From assembly GCA_963718615.1 (NCBI GenBank), contig OY970368.1, positions 4,224,001 to 4,288,000 on the forward strand: a DNA stretch of 64,000 nt, written 5' to 3'. Positions 20,921 to 31,190 of the stretch are shown here, piece after piece. The notes below the pieces were generated by a model. That model was not told the DNA's origin, made no database searches, and was given only the letters and a program-made list of their open reading frames with translations. This stretch comes from an uncultured cyanobacterium (GTDB lineage: Bacteria > Cyanobacteriota > Cyanobacteriia > PCC-9006 > JAAUQQ01). How positions within the stretch are numbered: the stretch's first letter is position 1; each line of letters opens with the position of its first letter. The position numbers and the translations under genes are program-made.

Positions 20921-22156
20921 ATGAATAGCCCTGGCAGCGAATGCATCCATCAGGCAGAAAAAGCACTGCTACCGATTTTTTCGGGAATTGACGCGAAGGT
21001 CAAGAAAAACCTACATCGAGTATTGGATGCCTTTCGCGAACATCGGGTTGGCGTGCACCATTTTGCCAGTGTGAGTGGCTATGGCCATGATGATTTGGGG
21101 CGACAGGTGCTCGATCGCGTCTATGCCGATGTGTTTGGGGCTGAAGCCGCCATCGTCCGGGTGCAGTTTGTCTCGGGGACCCATGCGATCGCCACGGCCC
21201 TTTACGGTGTTTTGCGTCCCGGCGATGAAATGCTAGCCGTGGCTGGAGCTCCCTATGACACCCTCGAAGAGGTGATTGGCACCCGAGGGGAAGGGCAAGG
21301 CTCGCTCCAGGAGTTTGGGATTGATTATCGTCAGCTCGAACTCGCAGCCGATGGGGGAATTGACTGGGACGGGCTGGAGACGGCGGTGGGCGATCGCACC
21401 CGTTTAGTGCTGATCCAGCGCTCCTGTGGCTATTCCTGGCGCAAAAGTCTATCGATCGCCGAGATCGAACGCATTGTCCAGACCGTCAAAGGGCAAAACC
21501 CTAACACGGTTTGCTTTGTTGATAATTGCTATGGGGAATTCATCGAAGACCGAGAGCCCACAGCCGTAGGGGTAGATCTGATGGCGGGCTCGTTGATCAA
21601 AAATCCGGGGGGAACGATCGTCACGACGGGGGGATATGTAGCAGGTCGGGGGGATTTGGTGGAAGCGGCGGCCTGTCGGTTAACGGCACCAGGGATTGGC
21701 AGCGAAGGCGGCGCGACGCTCGATCAAAGCCGCTTGCTGTTCCAGGGGCTATTTCTCGCGCCCCAGATGGTCGGCGAAGCCATGAAAGGGACTCATCTGG
21801 TAGCGCAGGTGTTTGAATCTTTGGGCTATCCGGTCAATCCGCTGCCACTGGCACCGCGTCAGGATGTCATTCAGGCGATTCGGCTCGGGACCCCGGAAAA
21901 GCTCATTGCCTTTTGTAAGGCGATTCAACACTGCTCTCCCATCGGTTCCTACCTGGACCCTACCCCAGGGGAGCAGCCGGGCTACGAAAGCCAATTGGTG
22001 ATGGCAGGGGGGACGTTTATTGATGGCAGTACGTCGGAATTTTCCGCTGATGGACCTTTGCGGGAACCCTACGTTGTGTTTTGTCAGGGGGGTACTCACT
22101 GGACCCATGTGGCGATCGCACTAGAAGCGGCGATCGCCGCCATTGGTCCGGCTTAG
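20921..22156 (+). CDS. methionine gamma-lyase family / aluminium-resistance (YnbB-like) PLP protein
   Basis: GYGHDDLGR, FVDNCYGEF, GSLIKNPGG and ADGPLR motifs; GGAGGAG RBS. Confidence 0.9.
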   Translation: MNSPGSECIHQAEKALLPIFSGIDAKVKKNLHRVLDAFREHRVGVHHFASVSGYGHDDLGRQVLDRVYADVFGAEAAIVRVQFVSGTHAIATALYGVLRPGDEMLAVAGAPYDTLEEVIGTRGEGQGSLQEFGIDYRQLELAADGGIDWDGLETAVGDRTRLVLIQRSCGYSWRKSLSIAEIERIVQTVKGQNPNTVCFVDNCYGEFIEDREPTAVGVDLMAGSLIKNPGGTIVTTGGYVAGRGDLVEAAACRLTAPGIGSEGGATLDQSRLLFQGLFLAPQMVGEAMKGTHLVAQVFESLGYPVNPLPLAPRQDVIQAIRLGTPEKLIAFCKAIQHCSPIGSYLDPTPGEQPGYESQLVMAGGTFIDGSTSEFSADGPLREPYVVFCQGGTHWTHVAIALEAAIAAIGPA

Positions 22157-22168
22157 CTTTAGTCCGGC

Positions 22169-23083
22169 TTAGCTTTCTGCTTCACCCGAGGGTGCACCTT
22201 CATCGCGCTTTTTCAACACTGGCTTTTGCTTGACCGGACGGCTGCTGCTGGGGCTGCCTTCCCGACGCGGGGGTGCACTGGGGCGATCGCTCCCCCCGGC
22301 ACGGCGTGGCGGACCGCCACTGCCCCGGCGATCAAACCGGCGACCACCGCCCCCACCGCCTGCACCCTTGCGCGCGGGACGACGCTGGGGAATAGCACCG
22401 ATACAGGTCCCCTCTTTGACCACCAGCATATCTCCCTGGCGGATGGCCTTGAGATCCCAAAAATGATGTATCGCCTTGGGTCCCAGCTTGCCCTGGAGCT
22501 GAAGTTTGAAGCTCCGAGACTTGTGATCGTTAGGACGGGGAGCCTGTTTGATTTTGATGACAATGCGCTCCCGCTCTGCCGAGTGGAAGACCACTTCACC
22601 CCGAATGGAGAAATACCCATCGGGTAAATCGGAAGAAGACTTAATGGGCGGTTTGGGACGAATCGGACGGGGTAAACCATCCTCCGTCTGCTCGGGTTCG
22701 CTATCCTTGAGAATCTGTTTTTGCAGGGTCTCAGGTTCCCAGATGCCGACGACCTGCACATGCAGGTTGCCTTCCCGTTCTCGGGTGCGGGGATAAACGA
22801 CCCAAAGGTGTTCCTGGTCTAGGTCAATATGCTTTTTTACCAGGCTCATGATGCGACCCAACAGCACCGCTTCGATGGCGGCACCCTCGGGAGTGACCAA
22901 CTGACCCTTGGTAATTTGCTCTTCCTCGGGGATGTAGCGGGCACGGACTAGACCGATTGCCCGGAACTGCATCGGTTCGCTGGGTTGAGGGATGGGCTCC
23001 TGCCGTAAGGGCAAGACCGCACGGTCGGCGGGACTTGCAGGACGGGAGGACGAAGCTACGTTGGCTGCTGTATTCGCTGTCAT
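22169..23083 (-). CDS. conserved cyanobacterial hypothetical protein with a basic Gly/Arg-rich C-terminal tail
   Basis: PIPQPSEPMQFRAIGLV...LWVVYPRTR pattern. Confidence 0.8.
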   Translation of the reverse strand: MTANTAANVASSSRPASPADRAVLPLRQEPIPQPSEPMQFRAIGLVRARYIPEEEQITKGQLVTPEGAAIEAVLLGRIMSLVKKHIDLDQEHLWVVYPRTREREGNLHVQVVGIWEPETLQKQILKDSEPEQTEDGLPRPIRPKPPIKSSSDLPDGYFSIRGEVVFHSAERERIVIKIKQAPRPNDHKSRSFKLQLQGKLGPKAIHHFWDLKAIRQGDMLVVKEGTCIGAIPQRRPARKGAGGGGGGRRFDRRGSGGPPRRAGGSDRPSAPPRREGSPSSSRPVKQKPVLKKRDEGAPSGEAES

Positions 23084-23109
23084 GGGGGGCGGGAGAGTGA
23101 TGATGTTGA

Positions 23110-23290
23110 ACCGCTAGAGGCCCGCGATCGCAGGCTCGGAACAGCAGGAGGTTACTTTTTCAACAGACTTTGCCTGCTAGTTCAGTATTCCCACTACGCT
23201 TGAGTCATCACTAACAATGACTCCAGAATTAGGGTACCACCTGTCCAGAGTGAGCTAACGGGGGGTGTCTCCACCCGAATTCCCGGTTCA
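23110..23290 (-). ncRNA. candidate structured 5' leader / cis-regulatory RNA
   Basis: Three inverted repeats: AGCAGG/CCTGCT, GAGTCAT/ATGACTC and GGGTG/CACCC. Confidence 0.4.
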
Positions 23291-23721
23291 CTGATCTATT
23301 CTTACCATCCAGAAAAATACAGCCCTCATCCGAACGCTTTTTTACAAAAGCACGGAAGTATTGAAAACTTTTACGGAAACTTGATAAGAATTTGGTTGTT
23401 TTCTGGCCTCTGGGCTCAAATGGCTCCCAAAGGAGGTCTGGGGTGGTGTTCCTTGGTGACGTTTTTGGGTGATGACTTTCCTTGACGACGTTCCTTGGCT
23501 GTATTCTTTGGCTGTGTTCTGGAGGGTTGCCCCAGTTTTCCTACCACAAGGTCTATAATATCGCCGATTTTTTTCGGCTTGGTATTTTAGCTGGGTTTTT
23601 AGCTGCGGTTTCTGATTTTGGGGGACTCCGTTTCCAGCGGTCCAGCCCAGCATTGGACCCCAGCACTTGACAAGTCGTCCTAGGTGACGCACTATCCCGG
23701 AGAGTTTAAGCTAGGGGTGAG

Positions 23722-24660
23722 TTGACTCACTTCATCGAAACTGAATTGCGAGGCATGAACGTGGCAGAGAGACGCGGCAATATATGGGTCAAGGCTTTTC
23801 TAGCGGTGTGCGTAATTGCCTTTCTTGGGATTTCGATCGCGCCTCTGCTGGGTAGTGCGTTTCAGAATTCGTCAACGCCGAAGTCTCCCGCCAATGATGC
23901 GGCGGCAGTACCGGAGGATCAGCGCCAGGAGCTAGAAGAACAGGCGAAGGGCTTTGAGCTGGTGCTTCAGCGGGAGCCGACGAATGTGACGGCCCTAGAA
24001 AGTTTGATTGAGATTAAGCTTCAGCTCGGCGACATTGCCGCGTCCATCGCTCCCCTCAAGAAGCTGGCGGAATTGAGCCCCGAGAACCCGGATTATCAGA
24101 TTTTGTTGGCTCAAGTCCAGCAGCAAACGGGCGATCGCGAAGCTGCTGCCCAAACCTACCGGACGTTAATTACCAACCAGCCGGGTAATCTCAAAGCGCT
24201 GCAAAGTTTAGCGGCGCTATTAATGCAGGAAAACCGTCCGACGGCTGCTATTAGCTTGCTGCAAGATACGCTCAAACTGGCCCCCCAGGCTAATGAGGCG
24301 AAGCCGGGCAGTATTGATGTGGCCTCGGTGAAGCTGATGTTGGGGGAAGTCTATGCCCAACAAAATCGGACGGATGAGGCGATCGCCCTCTACGACGAAG
24401 TTCAGGCCGAGAGTGCTGAAGATTTTCGCCCGGTGTTGGCCAAAGCCTTGGTGTTAAAAACCCAAGGTCGCGAGGCGTCGGAGTATCAGCCCCTGTTTGA
24501 CAATGCGGTGGCCCTAGCGCCCGCCCGCTACAAAGACCAGATCGAGCAGTTGGCCAAGGGCTCAACGACCATGCCCGCAATTCCCCAAAATACGCCCCCC
24601 AGTCAGTCGCCAGAGGCCACCGCTGAAGCGCCAGCCGCATCCCCAGCCGAGAGCCGGTAG
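23722..24660 (+). CDS. tetratricopeptide repeat protein with N-terminal TM segment
   Basis: Repeated TPR helices (LQREPTNVTALESL...). Confidence 0.85.
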   Translation: MTHFIETELRGMNVAERRGNIWVKAFLAVCVIAFLGISIAPLLGSAFQNSSTPKSPANDAAAVPEDQRQELEEQAKGFELVLQREPTNVTALESLIEIKLQLGDIAASIAPLKKLAELSPENPDYQILLAQVQQQTGDREAAAQTYRTLITNQPGNLKALQSLAALLMQENRPTAAISLLQDTLKLAPQANEAKPGSIDVASVKLMLGEVYAQQNRTDEAIALYDEVQAESAEDFRPVLAKALVLKTQGREASEYQPLFDNAVALAPARYKDQIEQLAKGSTTMPAIPQNTPPSQSPEATAEAPAASPAESR

Positions 24661-24693
24661 AAAGCGCTAACTAGGCGAGTCCTAGCGGGAGAG

Positions 24694-25464
24694 ATGGCAA
24701 AGGTGTTGCGGTCCCATGGGCAAGCCTTACTGGCGTCGCGATTGGGGGATTTGACGAAACTCGGCGTGACTTCAGCGGCTGGCGGTCTGGAGGGTGGGTC
24801 TCCCGCGTCCTCGTTGATGGGTTGGCCGGTGCTAGGGTTGGGCTACTGTGGGCTGGTCCTCCTGGGGCAATGGCAAGGCAAATCGGTGGCGGTGAAGCTC
24901 CTGCGACCGGATGCGGGCCGCCCGAGCCTCTGGGCTGAAGCCCAGGCGTTGCAGCTCGCCAATGGCGTGGGTGTTGGGCCGACCTACTGGACCCATAGTG
25001 AGGGGGTTTTGGTGATGGATTGGGTGCGGGGCGATCGCCTCATCGACTGGTTAGACCACAAGCTGCTGACGGTTCCCACCCCTACGGTTCAAGCGGTTTT
25101 ATTGCAGTTGGCCGATGCCAGCTTTCGGCTCGATCAGCTAGGTCTTGACCATGGAGAACTGAACTGCATGGCCAGTCATGGAATTGTCAAAGGCGATCGA
25201 GCGACGATCATTGACTTTAGCCGAGCCAGTACCCAGCGGCGGGTGAGTAATGTCACTGCTCTGATTCAGGGCTTGCTGATCGGCACCCGGTTACCGCAGT
25301 TATTGGCAAGGCGCTTTCTGCCGCTAGAACGCTCCGAAACCATTGCTTGCTTGCAAGCCTACAAGCGGGATCCCTGCTTAGAACACTTTGAAGCAGTGCG
25401 ATCGCGCTTGGTCCTACAAGATCTATCAAGATCTCAGCAATCTCAACTAAAGCACCCTCTCTAG
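24694..25464 (+). CDS. RIO-like / COG2112-type Ser/Thr protein kinase
   Basis: LGLGYCGLV glycine loop, VAVK, LANGVGVGP, LDHGEL and IIDFS motifs. Confidence 0.75.
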   Translation: MAKVLRSHGQALLASRLGDLTKLGVTSAAGGLEGGSPASSLMGWPVLGLGYCGLVLLGQWQGKSVAVKLLRPDAGRPSLWAEAQALQLANGVGVGPTYWTHSEGVLVMDWVRGDRLIDWLDHKLLTVPTPTVQAVLLQLADASFRLDQLGLDHGELNCMASHGIVKGDRATIIDFSRASTQRRVSNVTALIQGLLIGTRLPQLLARRFLPLERSETIACLQAYKRDPCLEHFEAVRSRLVLQDLSRSQQSQLKHPL

Positions 25465-26181
25465 CAGCCCCCGATACCGCAACCCCTGGGGGGAAACCTC
25501 AAAGCTACAGGGCAACACTTCCAATCCCGCCTCTACCGCTCCCCGCAGCAACTGGCCATAGAGTGGATCTCGCTCATCCCCCGGCGAAAACTGGGTACAG
25601 TCCCCTCGATTGACAAAGTAGAGCATCACCGCTCGATGCTCTGGCAAAAGCGCCACGAGCTCCTGAATATGCTTCTGGCCTCGGGTCGTTACGGTGTCGG
25701 GAAACAGTGCCAGTCGCTGCTGGACCCAAGTTGTATTTTTAACTTCCACATAAATAGGTTTGTCCGTGCCCTGAAGCACAAAATCCACTCGGCTTTTGCC
25801 CGCAACACCATACTTCACCTCCCTGCGAATCTCACCGTATTCCCCCAATTCTGGAATTTGATGCTGCTCCAGCACCCAACGAACGACGCGATTCGGCAAA
25901 CCTGTATTGACCCCGACCCAAGTTGGTTCATTGTCTTGAACTTCAATCAGTTCCCAGGTGTATTTCAGCTTACGGTTAGGGTTATTGCTCTGAGAAACCA
26001 TCACCCGATTGCCAATGATACAAACGCCTGTCATCGGGCCAGTGTTGGGACAATGGGCCGTAATTAATTCACCGCTGTCCAGTTCGATATCCGCAAAGAA
26101 GCGTTTATAGCGGCTGATGAGCCTGCCCGAGAGCAGAGGAGGAAAGGCATAAACCAGCGGATCGGATGGCGAATCGGTCAT
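25447..26181 (-). CDS. sfsA: DNA/RNA nuclease SfsA
   Basis: RYKRFFAD, HCPNTGPM, SRVDF, VEVKN and FPDTVTTRGQKH motifs. Confidence 0.95.
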   Translation of the reverse strand: MTDSPSDPLVYAFPPLLSGRLISRYKRFFADIELDSGELITAHCPNTGPMTGVCIIGNRVMVSQSNNPNRKLKYTWELIEVQDNEPTWVGVNTGLPNRVVRWVLEQHQIPELGEYGEIRREVKYGVAGKSRVDFVLQGTDKPIYVEVKNTTWVQQRLALFPDTVTTRGQKHIQELVALLPEHRAVMLYFVNRGDCTQFSPGDERDPLYGQLLRGAVEAGLEVLPCSFEVSPQGLRYRGLLERVL

Positions 26182-26418
26182 GATTCAAGGGATGCCCCAG
26201 GAGCGGTCAAACGGCATCCTTCACCCTAGCACTGAACATTAACTAAAGATTTTTACTGAACACAGAAGAAAACGGACTACTGCGACTTGTCGCAACTTTG
26301 AGAATGTCTTGACATGGGTAAAAGTCTTGTCAATATTAAGCTTCGGGAGAAATAATGGCTGTTGGCCTGAGTCCCAATCCGGGGCACTCTGACAAGAAGA
26401 GTTGCTTCACCTAATCCT

Positions 26419-28167
26419 ATGTGGGTGCCAAAGCCCATGACGCCAGTGGATGAATCGTTGACGGATCTCACGACGGACCTCCCAACGGACCTGACAACAG
26501 AAGAAAAGCTTCGCCAGGCGATTCAGGCAGCGGAGGATGCCAGCCGCGCCAAAACTGAGTTCTTGGCGACGATGAGCCATGAAATCCGCACCCCGCTCAA
26601 TGCCATTACGGGGATGACGATTCTGTTATCGGATACGGCGCTGACGGCAGAGCAGCGAGATTATGTGGCGACGATTCGCAGCGGCAGCGAAGCGTTGTTG
26701 GCGATCATTAACGATATTCTTGACCTCTCTAAAATTGAATCGGGGAAGTTAGAACTGGACCCGGACTCCTTTGAGCTCAAAGCCTGTCTCCAGTCAGTTT
26801 TGGATATCTTTAAGCTCAAGGCCAAGGGAAAAGGGTTGGTCTTAACCTATGAGGTCGACCCTGAGGTTCCCGCTCAACTGGTGGGTGACGCGGCCCGGAT
26901 TCGCCAGGTTTTGATTAATTTGGTGGGGAACGCCCTCAAATTTACAGAAACGGGTTCGATTACAGTGCAAGTTGCAGGCGTTCCGCAGCAGGAGCCAAAG
27001 GCGTTCTCGCTCGATAGCGATGTGCCAGATGAATCCCTACATCAGCTACGGTTTAGTGTGCGGGATACCGGTATTGGTATTGCCCTAGAAAAACAAACCC
27101 AGTTGTTTCAGGTGTTTAGCCAAGCAGATGCTTCGATTACGCGGCGCTATGGGGGAACGGGGCTAGGGCTTTCGATTTGTAAACGCCTGATTGAGCTCAT
27201 GGGCGGTGAAATTGCCGTAACCAGTCAGCCAGGGCAAGGCACGACCTTTTTCTTCGATATCTGTTTAGCGGCGGCTCAGGCTGAATCTATAAAACCAAAC
27301 CCTCTGCGGACAATCTATCTCAAGGTGGTGAGTGCGCCGTTGCGGAATGGGAGCGATGAGATGTTCCCGACGATTAGCGGTGGAGAAATTCCCAAACCGG
27401 ATCTCCAGACTCAAGATCAATGGGTGCTTCTGGACAAAGCGCTGCTGACGTTAGGGCGCGCCAATGACAACAACATTGTGCTTAAGGACAAGCTCGTGTC
27501 TCGGTACCATGCCCAAGTGCTCAAGCAGCCCGATGGCTATGTCCTCCAGGATATTGGCAGCGCTAATGGCACCTACCTGAATGATGAGCTGCTGCTGGCC
27601 CATCAGCCCCGCGACCTTAAGGATGGCTGTCTCATTCGCTTGGGCTCTTATACTTGGGAGTTTTGCGATCGCCCCCTCCTTCCCCTCAGCAATCCCTGTA
27701 CCCCTTGTCCCGCTCAGCTCAAGCTGCTCCTAGTTGAAGACAGCAAGCTCAATCAAATGGTGGCGATGAAGCTCTTGCAAAAGTTTGGCCATCAGGTGGA
27801 TACAGCCTCGAATGGTTGGGAGGCGATCGCCGCCCTCAAGGAACAAATTTACGATGCGGTCCTAATGGACTTAGAAATGCCGGAACTCGATGGTCTCAGC
27901 GCCGTGGAAAAAATTCGCAGCGACTGGCCGCTCAATCCCAAAAAATTCCCTGGGCATCCGAGCCCTTGGATTTTTGCCCTGACGGCCTACGCCACTCTGG
28001 AAGATCAGCAAAAATGTCGTCAAGTAGGCATGAATGGTTACCTAACCAAACCCATCCGCCTCAATGAAATCGAGCAGATGCTCCAGCAGTGCAGTATGCG
28101 CTTAAACCAAGGGATTTTGGGTGATGCCGGTGAGTGGCTGTCGGTCCAGGAATATGCAGCCTCCTGA
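26419..28167 (+). CDS. hybrid histidine kinase HisKA-HATPase-FHA-REC
   Basis: [15 protein letters not shown]-box, N/G1/F/G2 boxes, FHA (LGRANDN, VSRYHA, GSANGT), receiver (LVED, LMDLEMP, KP). Confidence 0.92.
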   Translation: MWVPKPMTPVDESLTDLTTDLPTDLTTEEKLRQAIQAAEDASRAKTEFLATMSHEIRTPLNAITGMTILLSDTALTAEQRDYVATIRSGSEALLAIINDILDLSKIESGKLELDPDSFELKACLQSVLDIFKLKAKGKGLVLTYEVDPEVPAQLVGDAARIRQVLINLVGNALKFTETGSITVQVAGVPQQEPKAFSLDSDVPDESLHQLRFSVRDTGIGIALEKQTQLFQVFSQADASITRRYGGTGLGLSICKRLIELMGGEIAVTSQPGQGTTFFFDICLAAAQAESIKPNPLRTIYLKVVSAPLRNGSDEMFPTISGGEIPKPDLQTQDQWVLLDKALLTLGRANDNNIVLKDKLVSRYHAQVLKQPDGYVLQDIGSANGTYLNDELLLAHQPRDLKDGCLIRLGSYTWEFCDRPLLPLSNPCTPCPAQLKLLLVEDSKLNQMVAMKLLQKFGHQVDTASNGWEAIAALKEQIYDAVLMDLEMPELDGLSAVEKIRSDWPLNPKKFPGHPSPWIFALTAYATLEDQQKCRQVGMNGYLTKPIRLNEIEQMLQQCSMRLNQGILGDAGEWLSVQEYAAS

Positions 28168-28173
28168 AAGGGA

Positions 28174-28605
28174 TTACTCGCTGATTTCAGCCATTTCGGG
28201 TGCTTCCGGTTCGGGCTCTAGCTCCAGCGTAAAAATTTCCTCTTCGCCATCCAACTCCATATTTTCTGGGACAGGTTCATCGGCATTGCTTGCTTCCAGA
28301 GCTGGGATTTCTGCCAGCTTGATCCGGGCTTCATCCTTAGTTTCCCCCCGGATCCGCCGAATCGGTAAATTAGCCACCAGAGCTGTCAACCGCTGATCGC
28401 TTTCCAGGGCGAACTCCAATCCCTCTTGATCAAGCTCCACGTAGCGGGAAACAACTTCCAAGATTTCCTTCTGGATAGACTCCAAGGCCTTAGGGCTGAG
28501 GGTGGTGCGATCGTGGGCCAGTAATAGCTGAAGCCTTCGCTTTACCTCGGTTCGGCTTTGGTGACTAGAGCGGTTAAATAATCGATCAATCAGTTCAGAC
28601 AGCAT
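28174..28605 (-). CDS. minE: cell division topological specificity factor MinE with acidic tail
   Basis: [23 protein letters not shown] and LVANLPI motifs. Confidence 0.93.
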   Translation of the reverse strand: MLSELIDRLFNRSSHQSRTEVKRRLQLLLAHDRTTLSPKALESIQKEILEVVSRYVELDQEGLEFALESDQRLTALVANLPIRRIRGETKDEARIKLAEIPALEASNADEPVPENMELDGEEEIFTLELEPEPEAPEMAEISE

Positions 28606-28654
28606 AGTGGGCTCACGAAATGAAACAGCACCGGTGCAAACAGCCTGGGCTGCA

Positions 28655-29461
28655 CTACATGATCTTGGTATTGAACAATCTACGAATTTTAGACATCAAG
28701 CCGGGGTTTAGATTCTCCAGATCGATGAATTTAACCTCTTGCCCCTCTAGTCGCCGAGCAATATTGTTAAACGCCGTTCCTGCGTAGGACTCTTCCTTGG
28801 ACAACACCAGGGGTTCACCCCGATTGGTAGAAACAATCACTTGTTCGTCATCGGGTACGATGCCAATCAGCGGGATCGCTAGGATTTCCTTCACATCCTC
28901 CACCGACATCATGTCATTGGCTTTGACCATGGCAGGCCGGATGCGATTAATAATCAAATTAATCCGCTTAATTCCATGGGCTTCTAGCAGTCCCACCACT
29001 CGGTCGGCATCGCGCACTGCGGAAATCTCAGGGGTGGTGACGACGAGGGCTTCTGTGGCTGGGGCGATCGCATTGCGAAAACCCATCTCAATGCCCGCCG
29101 GACAGTCAATCAAAATATATTGATAGCGTGTCGCCAAGGCTCGCACAATTTGGCGCATTTGGCGGGCATTGACCGATTCTTTTGTACGGTTTTGGGCCGC
29201 AGGCAAGAGGGCCAGCTTGGGCTGACGTTTGTCTTTCACCAGGGCCTGATCCAATCGACATTGTCCAGCCAGCACATCCAACGCAGTGTATACAACCCGA
29301 TTCTCAAGTCCCAAGAGCAAATCTAAGTTGCGCAGTCCGAAGTCTGCATCAATCACAACAACCGAATGCCCCAGCCGTGCTAGAGCCATTCCAAGATTGG
29401 CGGAGGTCGTCGTTTTGCCAACGCCTCCCTTACCGGAGGTCACAACGATAGCGCGGCTCAT
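28655..29461 (-). CDS. minD: septum site-determining protein MinD
   Basis: [24 protein letters not shown] motifs and C-terminal amphipathic helix. Confidence 0.98.
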   Translation of the reverse strand: MSRAIVVTSGKGGVGKTTTSANLGMALARLGHSVVVIDADFGLRNLDLLLGLENRVVYTALDVLAGQCRLDQALVKDKRQPKLALLPAAQNRTKESVNARQMRQIVRALATRYQYILIDCPAGIEMGFRNAIAPATEALVVTTPEISAVRDADRVVGLLEAHGIKRINLIINRIRPAMVKANDMMSVEDVKEILAIPLIGIVPDDEQVIVSTNRGEPLVLSKEESYAGTAFNNIARRLEGQEVKFIDLENLNPGLMSKIRRLFNTKIM

Positions 29462-29756
29462 TAAACGTGAGTGCTCCCAGAACTAATCGGGCTACCAGAT
29501 GCGTGGCGCACCGTTTTTGGTAACGGACAGAGGTAATTTGCGACCCATTATCCCTCACGATGCCACTTTTGTGGGCTTTTCCAGCATGCAACCGTAGAAT
29601 TCACCTTGTCAAAGATCGTCAACAATGGTTAATAAAAATGCTTGATCCTAGGTATTTATACGGCAACATGCCCTTTGCAAGCTTTAGGACTGCTGCCACT
29701 GCAATTGGTTTTGGCTAAACGATGACTCAACGATAGCTAAACGGGCGTTAGAGGAT

Positions 29757-31190
29757 TCAACGACTGGGACGGGTGAACGAAGCCGCGTCTGTGATGCGAA
29801 TATCACCGCGAGGCGTAATATACGCCACTTCTGGCATCAGCGTTCCCTTGGCGGATTCGGGGACACGGGCAACGGCATCGGCGATTCTGAGCTGAGCCGG
29901 TTCGAGTTTGAGGGCCATGATGATGCTGCGCCGTTCACCGGCAGCTCCCGCATGGGCCAAGCCCCGGAGGCGGCCCCAGATTAAAATATCGCCATCGGCG
30001 ATTACAGAACTGCCTGGATTCAGATCGCCCATGAGGATCACCGAGCCCGGATGGCGAATTTCAGTGCCCGAGCGAACGGTGGTTTGTAAATAGAGGGGCT
30101 CTGCTGCTAGGCCCCTGCTAGGGGCGATCGCCTCCGACTGAGCAGGCAGCAGCTCCGGCAATTCTGACCCTTGATCGACGGAGAAGCCAGCGGTTACGGC
30201 GGCCACAGCGGTTTGGCGGCGGCTGGTGGCAATGCGGGTGAGTTTGAGCTCAAACTGCTCCAAGGCTTCGCTCAAATCCTGCAACTGCCGTCCATCCAAA
30301 AGGTGATTGCGAGCATTGAGATGAACCGGCGTGTTGGGCGACCAATACCGTTCACTACCGCTGAGCCGTTTTTGGAGCTGCTGCCACAGCTCAGAATCGA
30401 CAAAATCCAAATTGATATCTGGATTGGCCGAAGCCTGTTCAATCGGAAAAATCAGCGACACATAGCCCTCTTCTCGCTTAATCCGAACCTGTTGATCGGG
30501 GGGTAACGGTGTTGAGAGGACCGATGGGATCTCCGATGAGGTTAGAACTGAAGCGTTTAGGACTGAATCGTTTAGGACTGAATCTGAATCGTTAGGGATA
30601 GCAGGAGCAGCAGGGATAACCGCAGGAATAGCCGCAGGAATGGTGGACTCAGCGGTTGGAGCTGGAGGCTGAATGAGCGAGGGGGCTGGGATTTGGGCTG
30701 GGGTTGGTGCTGAAATTGGTGCTGAGGTTGGAGTGACGGGTGCGATCGCCTCCACAGGCGAAACCTTCTCAAAGGCAGACTCAAAGGCAGAGGTTTCAAA
30801 AATCAACGCCTCTGGCTCTAGCTCAATAGCCTTGGCAGTCCTGGGTGCTGGATCGAGCCTCCGCTCAGAATCCGCGACCTGAGTCGAGGACATCTCATCG
30901 TCAACGACCACTTCATTCTGCCGCCGGATCTCTACTAGATTGGGGTCGGCGGGGGAATTGGGTTGGGGCCGTGCCATTGGCTTCACGGTCAAGAGCGCAT
31001 TGACCAACGAGGGGTCAATTTCTAGGGGATCAGAGGCTGGGGACGGCTGAGCTTTTTGGGCTTTGGGCTTCAGTGTGACCGGATCCTCAAACAACGAAGT
31101 CAGAGCGGTAATCGACGCCCTTGCTTGCTGTACAACGGAACCAGACGGTTGCGTCTCCGATTCAGGGGGCAATGGGTTCTCGGGATCCAT
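29757..31190 (-). CDS. minC: septum site-determining protein MinC with long N-terminal extension
   Basis: TVRSGTEIRHPGSVILMGDLNPG...WGRLRGLAHAGAAG beta-helix. Confidence 0.92.
   Translation of the reverse strand: MDPENPLPPESETQPSGSVVQQARASITALTSLFEDPVTLKPKAQKAQPSPASDPLEIDPSLVNALLTVKPMARPQPNSPADPNLVEIRRQNEVVVDDEMSSTQVADSERRLDPAPRTAKAIELEPEALIFETSAFESAFEKVSPVEAIAPVTPTSAPISAPTPAQIPAPSLIQPPAPTAESTIPAAIPAVIPAAPAIPNDSDSVLNDSVLNASVLTSSEIPSVLSTPLPPDQQVRIKREEGYVSLIFPIEQASANPDINLDFVDSELWQQLQKRLSGSERYWSPNTPVHLNARNHLLDGRQLQDLSEALEQFELKLTRIATSRRQTAVAAVTAGFSVDQGSELPELLPAQSEAIAPSRGLAAEPLYLQTTVRSGTEIRHPGSVILMGDLNPGSSVIADGDILIWGRLRGLAHAGAAGERRSIIMALKLEPAQLRIADAVARVPESAKGTLMPEVAYITPRGDIRITDAASFTRPSR

Noticed and set aside
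23342-23692. 116-aa minus-strand ORF in the intergenic gap
   Set aside because: It is built over degenerate 12-13 bp repeats, with no recognisable domain or RBS.
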